This document shows positions 48,543 through 61,439 of a stretch of 64,000 nt of DNA, piece after piece (the first letter of the stretch is position 1; each line of letters starts with the position of its first letter). Below the pieces are notes generated by a model. That model worked only from the letters and a program-made list of their open reading frames with translations, had not been told where the DNA came from and did no database searches. A program made the translations under genes and the position numbers. The stretch comes from an uncultured Bacteroidota bacterium (GTDB lineage: Bacteria > Bacteroidota > Ignavibacteria > UBA10030 > UBA6906). The stretch lies in NCBI GenBank assembly GCA_963700635.1, contig CAVOYH010000003.1, positions 608,001 through 672,000 on the forward strand, in the 5' to 3' direction.

Positions 48543-49007
48543 ATGAAAGAGCAATATCGTAAACAGATTATTGAGATGTTGATTAAGGCGTACTGGATGG
48601 AAATCGAAACCGTCACAAACTATATTGCAAATTCTGTCAATCTGGATGGTGTCCGCGCCGAAGAGATCAAGAAGAGTCTGGCTGCAGATATTGTCGCGGA
48701 ATTGACGCACGCGCAGACGCTCGCCAGGAGAATCAAGCAGGTAGGCGGGCAGGTTCCGGGGTCAATGGGGTTCCGTCCGGACCAGAAATCCCTTCAACCA
48801 CCAGTTGACACAACGGATGTCGTTGCAGTGATCCGGGGGGTCATCGAGGCCGAAGACGGAGCCATCGAGCATTACGGCAAACTGATCGAACTTGCCGGCG
48901 AAGCTGCAGACTATGTTACCCAGGACCTGTGCATCACCACGCTTGCAGATGAAGAAGGCCACCGGGTTGAGTTCGCCGGCTTTCTGAAAGAATACGCCAA
49001 ATCATAA
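48543..49007 (+). CDS. Ferritin-like diiron protein (bacterioferritin/DPSL-like)
   Basis: E..ELTH..RIKQVGG..EAE..Y..DEEGH; SD AAGGAG. Confidence 0.8.
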   Translation: MKEQYRKQIIEMLIKAYWMEIETVTNYIANSVNLDGVRAEEIKKSLAADIVAELTHAQTLARRIKQVGGQVPGSMGFRPDQKSLQPPVDTTDVVAVIRGVIEAEDGAIEHYGKLIELAGEAADYVTQDLCITTLADEEGHRVEFAGFLKEYAKS

Positions 49008-49023
49008 TGTAAGGAGTACACCC

Positions 49024-50616
49024 ATGCAACAACATGGCACAGGAGCATCTTCCCTTGAACACCTCGGCCTCCGTAATCTCGGGAACGTGTATTGGAATCT
49101 GGCGTCACCGACACTCTATGAAGAGGTGGTCCGCCGCCGTGAAGGGTGGATTTCTCATCTCGGGCCTCTCCTTGTACGGACCGGCCACCACACAGGGCGA
49201 TCACCGAATGACAAGTTTATCGTCCGGGAACCATCCAGCGAACACAAAATCGCCTGGGGAAAGGTTAACCAGCCGATGGACGAAGCCAAGTTCAACGGAC
49301 TGTACGCCAAACTGTGTTCGAGCTTCCAGGGCCGTGATGTGTTTGTGCAGAACCTGTATGCGGGGGCAGATCCGCGCTACCGGATACCGGTGCGTGTGGT
49401 AACCGAGTACGCCTGGCATAACCTGTTTGCACGAAACCTGCTCATCAGGCCTGACGAGCCGGTTATCCACACTTCTCCGGAGACATGGACCATCATCGAT
49501 TCTCCACGGTATCACGCCGTACCGGACGTTGATGGTACCCGGTCAGAGGTGTTTGTTGTCCTTAACCTTGCGAAGAAGCTTGTGATTATCGGCGGAACGA
49601 GTTACGGCGGAGAAATCAAGAAGAGCGTGTTCACCATCCTGAATTACCTTCTCCCCGGTCAGGGTGTTCTTCCCATGCACTGTTCGGCAAACGTGGGCCC
49701 TGAGGGCGATTCTGCCCTGTTTTTCGGTCTTTCCGGCACGGGTAAGACCACTCTCTCGGCTGACCCGGAGCGTGCGCTTGTCGGGGACGATGAACACGGC
49801 TGGAGCGACAACGGGGTATTCAACTTTGAGGGCGGATGTTATGCCAAAGTGATCCGGCTCTCCTCCGAAGCGGAACCAGATATCTACGAGACCACCCGTA
49901 TGTTTGGCACCGTTCTGGAAAACGTCGTGATGAATTCTGACGACCGGCATATTGACCTGGACGATTACTCACTGACAGAGAACACCCGGGCTGCATACCC
50001 ATTATCTCATATTACCAACATCGTCCCGTCCGGCATGGCAGATCATCCACGAAATCTGATCATGCTTACAGCTGATGCATTTGGCGTGCTTCCTCCGGTT
50101 TCAAAATTGACACCTGAACAGGCAATGTATCATTTTCTCTCAGGATACACTGCGAAAGTGGCGGGAACAGAAAAAGGGGTGACCGAACCGCAGGCGACAT
50201 TCAGCACCTGCTTTGGAGCTCCGTTTATGCCCATCGCACCCACGGTGTATGCAACGATGCTCGGCGAACGCCTGGCCAAACACAACGTTCATGCGTGGTT
50301 GATAAACACCGGATGGACCGGTGGCCCGTATGGCACGGGGAAGAGGATAAGCATTGCTCACACGCGCGCCATCGTACGCGCGACATTGAGTGGCGCTCTT
50401 GCCCGCGTCGCCACAGAAGCTGACCCGCTGTTTGGGTTACAGATTCCCGCCAGCGTTCCGGGCGTCCCGCAGGAGGTGTTGAATCCGCGCTCAACATGGC
50501 ACGATACTGCAGCGTATGATACCAAAGCGCGCGAGCTTGCAGAACGGTTCAAGAAGAACTTCGAACAGTTCGCGTCCGCGGTACCGCCGGCGGTGCGTGC
50601 TGCCGGACCGAAGTAA
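49024..50616 (+). CDS. pckA: Phosphoenolpyruvate carboxykinase (ATP)
   Basis: TGRSPNDK, YGGEIKKS, MHCSAN, GLSGTGKTTLS, GDDEHGW, NFEGGCYAK. Confidence 0.97.
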   Translation: MQQHGTGASSLEHLGLRNLGNVYWNLASPTLYEEVVRRREGWISHLGPLLVRTGHHTGRSPNDKFIVREPSSEHKIAWGKVNQPMDEAKFNGLYAKLCSSFQGRDVFVQNLYAGADPRYRIPVRVVTEYAWHNLFARNLLIRPDEPVIHTSPETWTIIDSPRYHAVPDVDGTRSEVFVVLNLAKKLVIIGGTSYGGEIKKSVFTILNYLLPGQGVLPMHCSANVGPEGDSALFFGLSGTGKTTLSADPERALVGDDEHGWSDNGVFNFEGGCYAKVIRLSSEAEPDIYETTRMFGTVLENVVMNSDDRHIDLDDYSLTENTRAAYPLSHITNIVPSGMADHPRNLIMLTADAFGVLPPVSKLTPEQAMYHFLSGYTAKVAGTEKGVTEPQATFSTCFGAPFMPIAPTVYATMLGERLAKHNVHAWLINTGWTGGPYGTGKRISIAHTRAIVRATLSGALARVATEADPLFGLQIPASVPGVPQEVLNPRSTWHDTAAYDTKARELAERFKKNFEQFASAVPPAVRAAGPK

Positions 50617-50622
50617 CATACG

Positions 50623-51279
50623 ATGAAGACCATTTCCACAACCCTATTTCACCGGATTATTCCTCCCGGGAATCCCGGTGCCGGCCCCCATCCGGCGCTC
50701 CTGCTCCTGCACGGAAGAGGGGCAGATGAAGAGGATCTGCTGGGTCTGGCGTCCGCGTTTGATGACCGGTTCTTCATTATCAGTGTACGCGCACCGTTTT
50801 CATACGAATTCGGCGGCTACACCTGGTATGAATTCGGTCCCGGAGGGGCTCCTGAACCGGGTATGTTTCGCAAGAGCTGCGACAGTCTTTCTCAATTTCT
50901 CGACGACATCCGCACACACTACCCGATCGATCCGGCCAGGGTGTTTCTGTTTGGCTTCAGCATGGGATCCGCAATGGCATTCGGGATCGCTCTTTCACGG
51001 CCACGCGATGTGAGGGGTGTTTCGGCAAACAGCGGGTACGTACCTGAGGGAACACATTTGTCTTTGTGCTGGCGGGAACTCGAAGGCACAGCGTTTTTTA
51101 TCACCCACGGAGCACTTGACCCGGTCATTCCGATCGACGCCGCGCGGCATACCCGTGTCCTCTTCGAACAATCCAACGCGCCGTTTCTGTACCGGGAATA
51201 CCCTGCCGCACATCAAATGACTGATTCCTGTGTGGCAGACATTGCGGAGTGGTTGCGCGTGATGCTTGAGACCCGTTGA
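50623..51279 (+). CDS. Phospholipase/carboxylesterase (alpha/beta hydrolase)
   Basis: LLHGRG, GFSMG, HGALDPVI, AHQ. Confidence 0.88.
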   Translation: MKTISTTLFHRIIPPGNPGAGPHPALLLLHGRGADEEDLLGLASAFDDRFFIISVRAPFSYEFGGYTWYEFGPGGAPEPGMFRKSCDSLSQFLDDIRTHYPIDPARVFLFGFSMGSAMAFGIALSRPRDVRGVSANSGYVPEGTHLSLCWRELEGTAFFITHGALDPVIPIDAARHTRVLFEQSNAPFLYREYPAAHQMTDSCVADIAEWLRVMLETR

Positions 51280-51291
51280 TCCCCTGAGCGC

Positions 51292-51320
51292 CGGGGGATG
51301 CCCCGATGGAGCATCCCCCG
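51292..51320. terminator. GC-rich hairpin between convergent genes (probable terminator)
   Basis: CGGGGGATGC-9 nt loop-GCATCCCCCG perfect 10 bp stem; no clear U tract. Confidence 0.5.
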
Positions 51321-51335
51321 CACCAGGCAGCGGTA

Positions 51336-53597
51336 TTATTTGGATGGTTCCTGGGCGTCCCGTACCGCAATCGCTGTGACATTCACAATGTCCGCGACTT
51401 CGTTGCCCGGGATTAACAGATACACCGGCTTCCGGATCCCCACCAGAATCGGGCCCACGGATTCAGCCCCGCCGAGTTTGCCAAGGAGTTTGTACGCAAT
51501 ATTAGCCGATTCGAGATTTGGACAGATCAGCACATTTGCATCACCTTTCAGCGAACTGAACGGGTAGAGTGCTTCGAGGATTTCCGGCGACACCGCGGTA
51601 TCAGCCATCATCTCGCCGTCCACCATAAGCGTTGGCATGCGTTTCTTTACAAGCTCTGTGGCCCGTGCCATTTTTTGCGCCGATGGGTGTTGTGTGCTGC
51701 CAAAATTGCTGAATGAGAGCATGGCAAGACGTGGTTCCGTTCCAAAACTCTGCACCTTTTCTGCCACCAGAATCGCAATGTCGGCCAGCTGTTCGGCTGT
51801 CGGATCAAAATTTACTGTCGCATCCGCGATAAACCGCACATCGTTCTTGAAAATCATCATGTACATACCGGCGATTGTCGAAGTGCCCGGACGTGCGCTG
51901 ATGATCTGCAACGCCGGCCGAATGGTGCCGGGATAGTTCTCCGTGAGTCCTGCGACAAGGCCGTCCGCATCACCTTCGTTTACCATCATCATGCCGAACG
52001 AAATGGTTCTGTGCATCTGTTCGCGGGCGTCTGTGCGGGTGATCCCTTTCCGTTTCCGCATTTCATAAAACTTGTTTACATACGACGCGCTTGTTGGAGA
52101 GACCAGCGGATCGACGATTTCCGCACCATGGAGGTCAAGATCGAGCCTCTTGGTTGCTTCTTCAATCAACTTCCGGTCCCCGAGCAGGATCGGGTGCGCG
52201 ATCTCTTCATCCAGGATAATCTGACAGGCCCGCAGGATCCTGTCATCGTTGCCTTCCGGGAAGACAATACGTTTTGGCTCTTCCTTGGCTTTGTGGATGA
52301 AGACACGCATGATCTGCTTTGAGCGCCCGAACCGACTTTCCAGGGAATCCTTGTACGCATCGAGGTCGGCAATAGGGTTGCGGGCAACACCGGTTTCCAT
52401 CGCTGCCTTCGCAACAGCCGGAGTCTCCCACAGCAACACGCGGGGATCAAGCGGTTTCGGAATGATGTAGTTCCGGCCGAACTTGAATTTTTCACCGCCG
52501 TATGCCTTGATGACCACATCAGGCACATCTTCCCTGGCCAGCGTCGCGAGAGCATGGGCGGCCGCAAGTTTCATCTCGTCGTTGATCGCGGAGGCCATCA
52601 CATCCAGGGCCCCGCGGAATATAAACGGAAATCCAAGAACATTGTTGATCTGGTTGGGATAATCGGATCTTCCCGTCGCCATCAACACATCCTTACGCGC
52701 GTCAAAGGCATCCTCCGGGAGAATCTCCGGGTCCGGGTTGGCCATGGCAAAGATAATCGGATCGCGGCCCATGCTCTTGACCATGGCTTTCGTCACAACC
52801 CCTTTGACGGACACCCCGGCAAACACATCGGCGCCTTTCATTGCATCTTCAAGCGTGCGGGCGGGTGTGTCAATGGCGAAGAATTCTTTGTAGGGGTTCA
52901 TTCCCTGCGTGCGGCCTTTATACACGACGCCCTTGGTATCGCAGAGAATCAGGTTTTCACGTTTTACGCCGAGCGTAATGTAGAATTTTGCGCACGCAAT
53001 TCCGGCGGCCCCGGCACCGCTGAAGACCACCTTCACTTCATCAATCTTCTTTCCGACAATCTCCAGCGCGTTGAGAAGTCCGGCACCGGAAATAATCGCC
53101 GTCCCGTGTTGATCGTCGTGGAACACCGGTATGTTCATTGTTTTCTTCAGCGTTTCCTCGATGTGGAAACATTCCGGCGCCTTGATGTCCTCGAGGTTGA
53201 TCCCGCCGAATGTCGGTTCGAGGGCTTTGACAATCATGATCACTTCTTCGGGATCATGGGCGTTGATTTCAATATCGAACACGTCAATATCAGCAAAACG
53301 TTTAAAAAGGATTCCCTTTCCTTCCATCACGGGTTTCCCGGCCAGAGCACCAATATCGCCGAGGCCGAGAACGGCGGTGCCGTTGCTCACCACCGCAACG
53401 AGGTTTCCTTTCGCGGTGTACTTGTACGCATCAGCGGGATTGGCCTGGATCTCCCGGCAGGGTTCAGCCACCCCCGGTGTATAGGCGAGAGACAGGTCCC
53501 GCTGCGTGGCGCAGGGCTTGGTTGACACGACTTCAATTTTCCCTCTGCGTCCGTGGCTGTGATAATCAAGCGCATCTTGTTTGCGGATCATGGCCAT
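51336..53597 (-). CDS. maeB: NADP-dependent malic enzyme with PTA-like domain
   Basis: [43 protein letters not shown]; C-terminal RIVFPEG, DGEM. Confidence 0.96.
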   Translation of the reverse strand: MAMIRKQDALDYHSHGRRGKIEVVSTKPCATQRDLSLAYTPGVAEPCREIQANPADAYKYTAKGNLVAVVSNGTAVLGLGDIGALAGKPVMEGKGILFKRFADIDVFDIEINAHDPEEVIMIVKALEPTFGGINLEDIKAPECFHIEETLKKTMNIPVFHDDQHGTAIISGAGLLNALEIVGKKIDEVKVVFSGAGAAGIACAKFYITLGVKRENLILCDTKGVVYKGRTQGMNPYKEFFAIDTPARTLEDAMKGADVFAGVSVKGVVTKAMVKSMGRDPIIFAMANPDPEILPEDAFDARKDVLMATGRSDYPNQINNVLGFPFIFRGALDVMASAINDEMKLAAAHALATLAREDVPDVVIKAYGGEKFKFGRNYIIPKPLDPRVLLWETPAVAKAAMETGVARNPIADLDAYKDSLESRFGRSKQIMRVFIHKAKEEPKRIVFPEGNDDRILRACQIILDEEIAHPILLGDRKLIEEATKRLDLDLHGAEIVDPLVSPTSASYVNKFYEMRKRKGITRTDAREQMHRTISFGMMMVNEGDADGLVAGLTENYPGTIRPALQIISARPGTSTIAGMYMMIFKNDVRFIADATVNFDPTAEQLADIAILVAEKVQSFGTEPRLAMLSFSNFGSTQHPSAQKMARATELVKKRMPTLMVDGEMMADTAVSPEILEALYPFSSLKGDANVLICPNLESANIAYKLLGKLGGAESVGPILVGIRKPVYLLIPGNEVADIVNVTAIAVRDAQEPSK

Positions 53598-53761
53598 GAT
53601 AGAAACTCCTTATGTTTCTCAGGAACAGGTGGGTATGGTGAGGATAGTATTCCCGACGATCGGGCAGGGGATCTTAGCCGGGATGTCGTCGTTGAGAACA
53701 AGATACAACAATGAAATGAACGGGTCAAATGCCAGGAGCGCCGTTCGGTTCCTTCCCTGCC

Positions 53762-53790
53762 TTGCATCTCAAGCCCCTTTTACGTAAAAT
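53762..53790 (+). promoter_or_regulatory. Putative sigma70 promoter overlapped by a 12 bp palindrome
   Basis: TTGCAT-17 nt-TAAAAT; TTTTACGTAAAA at 53778-53789. Confidence 0.45.
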
Positions 53791-53980
53791 TGACAAACCA
53801 CTACGTTCCATTCATTAGATGTTGCGCGGTGACTACCCTCCGGACACCCGTCAGAGTACTGGCATCCTGTAGGGCTCGATCCCTTGCCTGTTGTATCTCC
53901 ATCGCCGCTGCTGCTCGATTTCCTGACCGTTCCGCGCCGCGTATCCTTGCACAACCGCCGGAGACCGAGGCATACGATCC

Positions 53981-54688
53981 ATGATCGTCAGCATCATCCG
54001 GCTCCTTGTCAGCGTCCTTGTCACCATACTCATCGCCATCGTGGCGTTTGTGACGCTGCCGTTCAACAAAAATGAAAGATTGTACCACGGCATTTCCCGG
54101 TTCTGGTCACGTTCTTTGCTCCGCATCTGCGGTGTCCGGGTGGTCCTGCATGGTTCCGAACATATCGACCGAGCCTGTTCCTATATATACGCTTCGAACC
54201 ATGCAAGTATGTTCGATATTCCTGTGGTGGTTGCCGGTCTTCCCGACAATATCCGGCTCGTCTATAAGAAGGAATTGGAGCGTATTCCGGTATTTGGCTG
54301 GGGGTTACGCTGGGGCAGTTACATTGGAATCGACAGAGGCCGGGGCTCCGAAGCCAGAAAAAGTCTGCACGAGGCAGTTGAGAAAATCCGCCGCGGGGCT
54401 TCTGTTCTACTGTTCGTGGAAGGAACACGCACCGCGGACGGAAACCTTCAGCCTTTCAAGCGTGGCGCCTTTAACCTGGCTGCACGGGCGGGAGTCCCCG
54501 TCATCCCCTTGACCATAAACGGGACATACCGTATCGTTCCTAAACATTCGCTTCGTATTCGACCCGGGACCGTTCATCTCATCCTGGCTCCACCCATCAC
54601 CGTCACGGGCAAGGGCGAAAAAGAAACCGAACAACTGTTGATGGAGCGCGTTCGGAGCGCAATCGAACAGAATTATCAAGACCAGTAG
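53981..54688 (+). CDS. plsC: 1-acyl-sn-glycerol-3-phosphate acyltransferase
   Basis: NHASMFD, IDR, FVEGTRT, FKRGAF. Confidence 0.9.
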   Translation: MIVSIIRLLVSVLVTILIAIVAFVTLPFNKNERLYHGISRFWSRSLLRICGVRVVLHGSEHIDRACSYIYASNHASMFDIPVVVAGLPDNIRLVYKKELERIPVFGWGLRWGSYIGIDRGRGSEARKSLHEAVEKIRRGASVLLFVEGTRTADGNLQPFKRGAFNLAARAGVPVIPLTINGTYRIVPKHSLRIRPGTVHLILAPPITVTGKGEKETEQLLMERVRSAIEQNYQDQ

Positions 54689-54697
54689 GAGATCGTT

Positions 54698-54991
54698 GTG
54701 GCAGTCACAGTGCATGATGTCGATCATATTGCCCGGCTTGCCCGGCTTTCGTTCACCGAGGAGGAGAAACACCGGCTCACCGGCGAGCTGAATACGATCC
54801 TCGGGTATATGGAACAGTTGAACAGCGTGCCGACTGACCACGTTGAGCCGTTGTCCCACGTTATTGACCTTGAGAACGTGGTACGAGATGATATCCGATC
54901 ACCCGGACTGTCAACGGAGGAAGCTCTCCGGAACGCTCCTTCTCATGACGACAAATTCTTCAAGGTACCAAAAGTCATCGCCGACCGATGA
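54698..54991 (+). CDS. gatC: Asp/Glu-tRNA amidotransferase subunit C
   Basis: HIARLARL, NVVRDD, ALRNAP, FFKVPKVI; GTG with AGGAG SD. Confidence 0.93.
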   Translation: MAVTVHDVDHIARLARLSFTEEEKHRLTGELNTILGYMEQLNSVPTDHVEPLSHVIDLENVVRDDIRSPGLSTEEALRNAPSHDDKFFKVPKVIADR

Positions 54992-55754
54992 GTCCACGTT
55001 CACAACATCGAGTTGTTGCCATCATCCCCGCGCGGTACGCCTCAACGCGGCTGCCAGGAAAGCCCCTGGCGGAAATCGCCGGAAAACCGATGATCCAGCA
55101 TGTCTACGAACGGACACGGCGTGCCACGCTGGTCGATGATGTGATTGTCGCAACGGACGATGACCGGATCGTTAAGGCCGTGCGCGCGTTTGGCGGACAG
55201 GCGGAACTGACGTCACCGGACATCCGGAGCGGTTCGGATCGTATCGCCGTTGTTGCGCGCAGCCTCTCCTCGGCCGAACTCATCGTCAATATCCAGGGGG
55301 ATGAACCCCTTATCCCACCCGAAATGATAGACGAGGCCGTGCGCCCCCTGCTCGACAATCCGAAACTTGATGCGGGGACTCTTGTCACGCGTATCTCCAC
55401 ACGTGAAGAATACCTTGACCCTCATACGGTAAAAGTCACACTCGACCGGAACTCACGCTGTCTGTACTTCTCCCGTTCGCCGATTCCTTTTGCGAGGGAT
55501 ATCTCGATCGAGGCGCTTCTTCAGACTTGCCCCCTCTACAGGCATATCGGGTTGTACGTGTACAGGGCCGCATTCCTCGTCCGTTTTGCAGCCCTCGAAC
55601 AGACTCCGCTCGAAAAGGCGGAAAAGCTTGAGCAACTCCGTATTCTCGAACACGGCTTTTCACTTCATGCGGTACTCACGTCGCATAACAACAGTATTGC
55701 TGTCGACACCCCCGCCGATCTCGAACGCGTGAGGACACTTGTGGGAAACACACC

Positions 55755-55758
<4 letters not shown>
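54988..55758 (+). CDS. kdsB: 3-deoxy-manno-octulosonate cytidylyltransferase
   Basis: IPARYASTRLPGKPL, SGSDRI, NIQGDEP, YFSRSPIP, EKLEQLR. Confidence 0.95.
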
Positions 55759-58030
<2,272 letters not shown>

Positions 58031-58042
58031 GACCGCCCTGGT

Positions 58043-58483
58043 ATGCCGCCCATTCATTACCACATCGGCAACGATCTTAACCTGGACGAGGTGATCGCCC
58101 TGTATCGCGTTTCAACACTCGGGGAACGCAGGCCGGTGGACGACCGGGATGCCATGAAGGCCATGCTGCAACACGCCAACCTCATCGTGACGGCCTGGAA
58201 CGATTCGCTCCTCGTGGGTATTGCGCGGACACTCACAGATTTTTCATATGTGGGGTACCTCTCTGATCTTGCTGTACACGCGGAATACCAGCATGCAGGT
58301 ATCGGCAGGGAACTGATCCGCAGGACGCGCGGGCAGATGAAACCTCAAGCACGTATTGTGCTGCTTGCCGCGCCCGCAGCTATCGAGTACTACCCCCACA
58401 TCGGGTTTACCCGGCACTCCAGCGCCTGGATACTGCGAGGAACAGACCCGTTTCCTGAGAGTGCGCCTGATCATGGAGTCTGA
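58043..58483 (+). CDS. GNAT family N-acetyltransferase
   Basis: LVGIAR, YLSDLAVHAEYQHAGIGRELI, YYPHIGF. Confidence 0.88.
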   Translation: MPPIHYHIGNDLNLDEVIALYRVSTLGERRPVDDRDAMKAMLQHANLIVTAWNDSLLVGIARTLTDFSYVGYLSDLAVHAEYQHAGIGRELIRRTRGQMKPQARIVLLAAPAAIEYYPHIGFTRHSSAWILRGTDPFPESAPDHGV

Positions 58484-58485
58484 GC

Positions 58486-58683
58486 ATGTCACTCGTGCTG
58501 CGCCGTGGATACTTTTTCACGTTGATGTTCTCCTCCGCTCTCATCGTACTCAGCGCAGGATTTGTCTTGAAACACGAATCCCCGATGAAGAGGAGCTGGA
58601 CGGTGCTGCGATGTGTGTACGTGATTCTTTTCGTTGTACACCTCCGATCACGGATGATCCGGCGCTATCTGGATCACGGATGA
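58486..58683 (+). CDS. Possible small membrane protein (65 aa)
   Basis: ATG 2 nt after the GNAT stop, GGAG upstream, two hydrophobic stretches; no family recognised. Confidence 0.3.
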   Translation: MSLVLRRGYFFTLMFSSALIVLSAGFVLKHESPMKRSWTVLRCVYVILFVVHLRSRMIRRYLDHG

Positions 58684-58791
58684 TCCCACATCCGTCGGGG
58701 GTGAACACACAGGCCACCACACCACGCCGCTGAGGAGTGCGCACCCATTCCGAATCTCCGCCCGCAGCATCCGGCGTTTAGGCCTCTCAGC

Positions 58792-58820
58792 TTTACATTG
58801 GCCGAGGAAAGCCGTATACT
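58792..58820 (+). promoter_or_regulatory. Putative sigma70 promoter
   Basis: TTTACA-17 nt-TATACT, near consensus. Confidence 0.6.
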
Positions 58821-58869
58821 TTTTTAGATGGCCGTCTGTTTATCTTCCCCGCACGAATGAGGACACAGA

Positions 58870-60252
58870 ATGTCATTGCTTGATCCTGCACTTACCAGAC
58901 GCGATGTGTTGCGCGATATCGGCGCATTGGCGGTAGGCGGTGCTCTCGGACCGTTGTTGCTGGGTGACGGGCCCATCGCTCTGGCGGCGGAACAACGTCC
59001 GTCAACGCCATTCACCAACAAACCGGTCAGCTGTATCATTCTCGGAGCCGGCAGCCGTGGTAACACGTATGCGGCGTGGTCAAAGCAGTTTCCGGAGCAG
59101 ATGCGTGTCGTCGGCGTTGCGGAACCTATTCCGTCGCGTCAGGAGCGGTTCGCGCAGTTGTATGATATCCCCGCAGAGAACCGATTCCCCAGTTGGGATG
59201 ATGCGCTGGCGGTGCCCAAATTTGCAGACGCCATTCTCATTACTACTCCGGATCAGCTCCATCATGGACCGGCGATGCGCGGTCTCGAGCTCGGCTACGA
59301 TGTTCTCCTGGAAAAGCCGATTGCAACCACCTGGGAACACTGCACGGAGATTCTCGCGCAACATGCGCGTTATCCCCGGATCGTCGCTGTGTGTCACGTA
59401 CTTCGATACACGACATACTTTAAGAAACTCCGTGACATCGTCGCCTCGGGAATACTCGGGGAGATTGTTACCATAGAACATCTCGAGCCTGTTGGCTACT
59501 GGCACCAGGGACATAGTTTTGTACGGGGTAACTGGCGCAATGTCGCCTCTTCGTGTCCGATGATCCTTGCCAAGTCCTGCCACGATCTGGACATCATCCG
59601 TTGGTTAATGGATGAACCCTGCCTTTCTGTCGCATCCTATGGCTCCCTCAAGCATTTCAAAAAAGAAAATGCCCCAGCAGGATCCACAACCCGCTGCATC
59701 GATGGCTGTATCATAGAGAAAGAGTGCCCCTACTCCGCGCTGAAGTTGTACATGGATATGAAGAACACCGGCTGGCCTGTATCGGTGATTACTGAAGATG
59801 TCTCGGAAGCAGGCAGGCTCAAAGCTCTCCGCGAAGGACCCTATGGACGGTGCGTGTATCACAGCGACAACGATGTCGTCGATCATCAGGTGCTCGCTCT
59901 GGAATTCGGCAAAGAACGTACGGCGGCATTTACCATGTCCGCGTTTACCACCGGGTCCCGACGTACACGGGTCATGGGAACTATGGGCGAAGCAATCGGG
60001 GATACGCAGTATCTCTCGGTGGTCAACTTCAGAAATGGCAAAAAGGAGACTCTTGACACACGGCTGGCGGAGACCGGTATCGCCAGCGGTCACGGGGGCG
60101 GAGATTATGGCCTGATGGAAGCCTTCATCAAGGCCTCCCAGCACCAGGATCCATCAATGGTTGCTTCATCCCTGGCGGTGTCCATGGAAAGTCATTACAT
60201 CGCATTCGGCGCGGAACGGAGCAGAATGGAAAAGCGCGTCGTCACACTCTAA
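58870..60252 (+). CDS. Gfo/Idh/MocA family oxidoreductase with Tat-like signal
   Basis: LTRRDVLR + hydrophobic stretch + ALA; GAGSRG; LLEKPI; HSFVRGNWR; KSCHDLD; GHGGGD. Confidence 0.88.
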   Translation: MSLLDPALTRRDVLRDIGALAVGGALGPLLLGDGPIALAAEQRPSTPFTNKPVSCIILGAGSRGNTYAAWSKQFPEQMRVVGVAEPIPSRQERFAQLYDIPAENRFPSWDDALAVPKFADAILITTPDQLHHGPAMRGLELGYDVLLEKPIATTWEHCTEILAQHARYPRIVAVCHVLRYTTYFKKLRDIVASGILGEIVTIEHLEPVGYWHQGHSFVRGNWRNVASSCPMILAKSCHDLDIIRWLMDEPCLSVASYGSLKHFKKENAPAGSTTRCIDGCIIEKECPYSALKLYMDMKNTGWPVSVITEDVSEAGRLKALREGPYGRCVYHSDNDVVDHQVLALEFGKERTAAFTMSAFTTGSRRTRVMGTMGEAIGDTQYLSVVNFRNGKKETLDTRLAETGIASGHGGGDYGLMEAFIKASQHQDPSMVASSLAVSMESHYIAFGAERSRMEKRVVTL

Positions 60253-60291
60253 TCCACTACACATTCTATCACTTCACAAGCGAGGAACATC

Positions 60292-60456
60292 ATGGCAAAA
60301 GGAAGAAGACGAACAACCCACCGTAGTGTCTCCGGCACCAAGTTGTATGCGGTCCGCGACGCCAAAGGTCGCTTCGTCGATATTCAGACGTACAAACGAG
60401 CACACGGAGCAGACCTCAGAAGGAAGAGCAAGAAAGAGTCCGGTAAAAAGAAGTAA
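60292..60456 (+). CDS. Small, highly basic hypothetical protein (54 aa)
   Basis: MAKGRRRTTHRSVSGTKLYAVRDAKGRFVDIQTYKRAHGADLRRKSKKESGKKK; GAGGA SD; below the ORF-track cutoff. Confidence 0.7.
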   Translation: MAKGRRRTTHRSVSGTKLYAVRDAKGRFVDIQTYKRAHGADLRRKSKKESGKKK

Positions 60457-60500
60457 CTGCCACACGTTCTCATCTATCGCCGATCACGGGGACCGATTCT

Positions 60501-60929
60501 ATGGGCGCTTCAGAGACCACCACACACGGCATTGTTGCCTGGGCCGACCTGACGATAGCCGGGGCGGATCAGATCAGGGATTTTTACCATGCCGTGGTGG
60601 GTTGGGATCCTCTGCCCATACGCATGGGAAGCTATAACGACTATCAGATGAATGCTCCCGGAACGGACCAGCCTGTCGCAGGAATCTGTCATGCCCGCGG
60701 CGTTAATGCTGATCTTCCACCACAATGGCTTCTGTACGTCACGGTGCCTGACATCGGTGCCGCGATCGCCGCGTGCACCGGCAGGGGGGGAAGTGTGATC
60801 ACCGGTCCACGGGAGATGGGTGCATACGGTCGTTTCTGCGTCATCCGCGATCCGGTGGGCGCAGTGTTGGCTCTCCTTGAAACCCCACCCGCACCGCAAC
60901 AGTCCGACCCCAAGGCAAAGGATTCCTGA
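60501..60929 (+). CDS. VOC/glyoxalase family protein
   Basis: WADLT, FYHAVVGW, PQWLLYVTVPD, FCVIRDPVGA. Confidence 0.88.
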   Translation: MGASETTTHGIVAWADLTIAGADQIRDFYHAVVGWDPLPIRMGSYNDYQMNAPGTDQPVAGICHARGVNADLPPQWLLYVTVPDIGAAIAACTGRGGSVITGPREMGAYGRFCVIRDPVGAVLALLETPPAPQQSDPKAKDS

Positions 60930-60933
60930 CCTG

Positions 60934-61416
60934 ATGGGTGAGTCCTTCTTGCTGATCGTGGGGATCCTGATGGTGATTGCCGGCATCGCCGGCATCATCA
61001 TCCCGGGATTGCCGGGCGTCATCCTTGTCTACCTGGGGCTGTTTTTTGTGGCCTGGAGTGATGGTTTTGTACGTGTCGGGTGGATTACGCTTACTGCTTT
61101 GCTCCTGATCGGTGCCGTCGCCTGGCTCATCGATATGTTCTCGACCGTCTATGGTGCGCGCCGCGTCGGCGCAAGTCGATGGGCAGCGCTCGGAGCTGGC
61201 ATCGGCATGGTCATCGGGTTCTGGTTCGGACTTCCCGGGGTCCTGCTTGGCCCTTTTGTCGGTGCACTGCTCGTTGAACTTGTGGTCAGAAAAGAACTAC
61301 TCGGGGCGGGAAAGGCCGGACTCGGTACCTGGCTCGGACTCCTTGTGGGTACCGCGGTCAAACTGGCGCTGATCTTTTCCATGATCGGCATTTTCCTTAT
61401 TGCCTACATTTTCTAA
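60934..61416 (+). CDS. DUF456 (YqgC-like) membrane protein
   Basis: GIIIPGLPG, GARRVGASRW, LLGPFVGA..E. Confidence 0.85.
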   Translation: MGESFLLIVGILMVIAGIAGIIIPGLPGVILVYLGLFFVAWSDGFVRVGWITLTALLLIGAVAWLIDMFSTVYGARRVGASRWAALGAGIGMVIGFWFGLPGVLLGPFVGALLVELVVRKELLGAGKAGLGTWLGLLVGTAVKLALIFSMIGIFLIAYIF

Positions 61417-61439
61417 CCGTTCACGCCACCTTTATCCTC

